DNA of 63,819 nt, counting the filler, from Rhabdomonas costata (Eukaryota), in assembly GCA_019059605.1 (NCBI GenBank). It is 42 parts of 42 records of this genome, joined end to end, with 100 filler letters (N's around TTAATTAATTAA, not from the genome) between each part and the next. Parts side by side here need not be neighbours in the genome. Positions count along the whole stretch, not along the records: positions 60,854 to 62,299 come from JAHMHO010016444.1; positions 62,400 to 63,819 come from JAHMHO010016445.1; 40 more parts are not named here. One strand, given 5' to 3'. The notes below the pieces were generated by a model that was not told the DNA's origin, made no database searches, and saw only the letters and a program-made list of their open reading frames with translations. Positions 62,206 through 63,819 of the stretch are shown here, one piece after another (the stretch's first letter is position 1; every line of letters begins with the position of its first letter). Both the position numbers and the translations under genes were made by a program.

Positions 62206-63055
62206 TGCGCGCTGGCTGTTGCCTGGTTGACTGGTTGACTGGTTGGTGGTGACCACTGGGGACTGACTGGCGCACGCGCTGTTGGCCACGGGTGCTCGCN
62301 NNNNNNNNNNNNNNNNNNNNNNNNNNNNNNNNNNNNNNNNNNNTTAATTAATTAANNNNNNNNNNNNNNNNNNNNNNNNNNNNNNNNNNNNNNNNNNNNG
62401 TGTGTTTTTGACATTGACATTTTTGGTTGCAGCGTGTCTTATTCTTCTCTTTTTCTCTTTTCTTTCTCTTCGAAAGGATTTTCTTCTCCTCTGCGCCCAA
62501 GGTCGGTGGCTTCCCGCGGTTTCATGGCAATGTACCACTTTTACCACGTAGAACCCACATCTCTCTGGCACGGTGGCACCCACTCCCTGTGTGTTTGTTT
62601 GTCCGCCGCTGTTCCTCTGCGATTTTGGGATGTTTCCGAGAAGCTCAGAAGTCTCTGTGGAAACGAAGCGAAGAATTCGAGTGCTGAGCTTCGTCGGTGT
62701 AAAGTCAGTTGAGCTGTATTGCTTCGTAGTGCTGGCTTGAAGTTCGTTGATTCTTTCTGGATTGCTTAAACCATACCTTTTTTGCGATGTACAAAAGGCT
62801 GCTCTATTGTTCAGCCAAAACTACGATGAGCGATCTTCTTTCTGTGCAGGGTGGGATAATGGAGCAAGCATCCCAGAACCAACTCGTCAACACCAGCCCC
62901 GCTGGAGCGTTGTTTTTATTGTTTTCGCTGTCCCGATCGCAGAATCCTTCTCGCCCCTTTCTCCCTTTCCATTTCTGTGCAACGAGCGGTAAGAGGGGAA
63001 AGAAGACGGAAGAGAGGAAGAAAGGGAAGGAGAGTTCATAGCAGGAGCTTGCAGC

Positions 63056-63384
63056 ATGCCTTTCTCGCACATGTGGAGGGGCTGCCTTGCCGTACTGCTC
63101 CTCTCCCTCCATTGTGAAGCCCTGTTTCCATGGCCCTCTCCCTGGACGCCCTCCTCCCCCTCCCGTGCGGCACCCTTCTCGCGCTCTCACGTGCTTTCCG
63201 CGGTTCTGTCATGGGCGGGACGCGGGACGGGCGTGGGCATTGCACGAGGGCTGTGGCCCTTCGTGCGTTCCCAGGAGGACGGCCAGAGTGGGGAAGGCGT
63301 CTTCCTGCCCACCTTCAACACTGCGGCGGCGCTGCAGCGGCTGTTCTATGCAGAGCTGACGGACTGCGACAACACCACTGCGGT
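63056..63384 (+). CDS. Possible secreted hypothetical protein, N-terminal part
   Basis: Signal-peptide-like MWRGCLAVLLLSLHCEA and a GC3-rich segment EDGQSGEGVFLPTFNTAAALQRLFYAELTDCDNTT; intron structure unresolved. Confidence 0.35.
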
Positions 63385-63819
63385 TGAGTACCTTTTTCTG
63401 GCCTTTTCGGAAATGTGTGTGCAACTTTGGCTCCGCGCACAAACGGAACCTGGATGGAGAGGGGGGTTGGTGGCAGAAAGTCGAATGTTTTTTTTTGTGA
63501 TGTGATGTTTTTGTGTTCTTGGGGCTGTGGGTTTCCTACTTACGAAGATGGCTCACAGTCTATCTGTGACTGTGTTGCATCGGATTTCATCACTTTCCGT
63601 GACCTAGGGTTCTTTCCTGGGACACAAACGCCCCTTCAATCAGTGTGCAGAGACCGGTGCGGATCCTTCGGCGGCTCTCGAATTTCTCCACCGCAATTCT
63701 ATTTCCGTGCTTCCTTTTCGATTAATGAAGCTTGTGAGCGTCTTGCAGAGGGCCTTGCAACACAGTATCCTGAAAAAGAAAAAATGTGGTGAGAATTGCT
63801 GATCCCAACCCCACAAACC

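Noticed and set aside
61435..62289. Longest ORF in the track (284 aa, minus strand)
   Set aside because: Runs through a (CA)n microsatellite, with no codon bias or recognisable motif.
1423..62399. Regularly spaced TTAATTAATTAA repeat resembling a CRISPR-like or periodic array
   Set aside because: Always embedded in exactly 44+44 N; it is an assembly concatenation linker.
1..63819. Uniform 1.42-kb units with G/T and A/C tails as nanochromosomes or minicircles
   Set aside because: Genes are cut mid-exon at the ends (NOT1, epimerase, kinase), tails are irregular and primer-like, and uniform size is explained by length sorting.

Overview
This is not one locus. It is 42 unrelated contigs of about 1.42 kb, joined by an artificial 100-nt linker (N44-TTAATTAATTAA-N44), so neighbours across linkers mean nothing. 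The DNA is from an intron-rich eukaryote with GC3-rich exons. A euglenid is the likely source (inference), based on GT[G/C]-type splice donors, a zeta-type tubulin, and several bacterial-type receptor adenylate cyclase fragments. Contig ends carry G/T-only tails, remnants of the GenomePlex-type primer TGTGTTGGGTGTGTTTGG, and fold-back hairpins, which points to whole-genome-amplified material. Most entries in the ORF track are spurious because real genes are spliced. Splicing exons by hand recovers partial genes for BMS1, NOT1, a peroxisomal ABCD transporter, GDP-fucose synthase, an NDP-sugar epimerase, zeta/delta-tubulin, a Ser/Thr kinase, a receiver domain, up to four adenylate cyclase fragments, a WD40 protein, a Methyltransf_16 enzyme, a histidine acid phosphatase, a cupredoxin-like domain and a type I PKS (KR linker-ACP, probably followed by a PLP-dependent oxoamine synthase). 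It also recovers two copies of the same 222-nt phase-0 ankyrin exon and decayed retroelements. The best leads are the PKS, the duplicated ankyrin exon cassette, the cupredoxin and the GC-AG introns. No complete novel system can be demonstrated from fragments this short, and all family calls come from motif recognition, not database searches.
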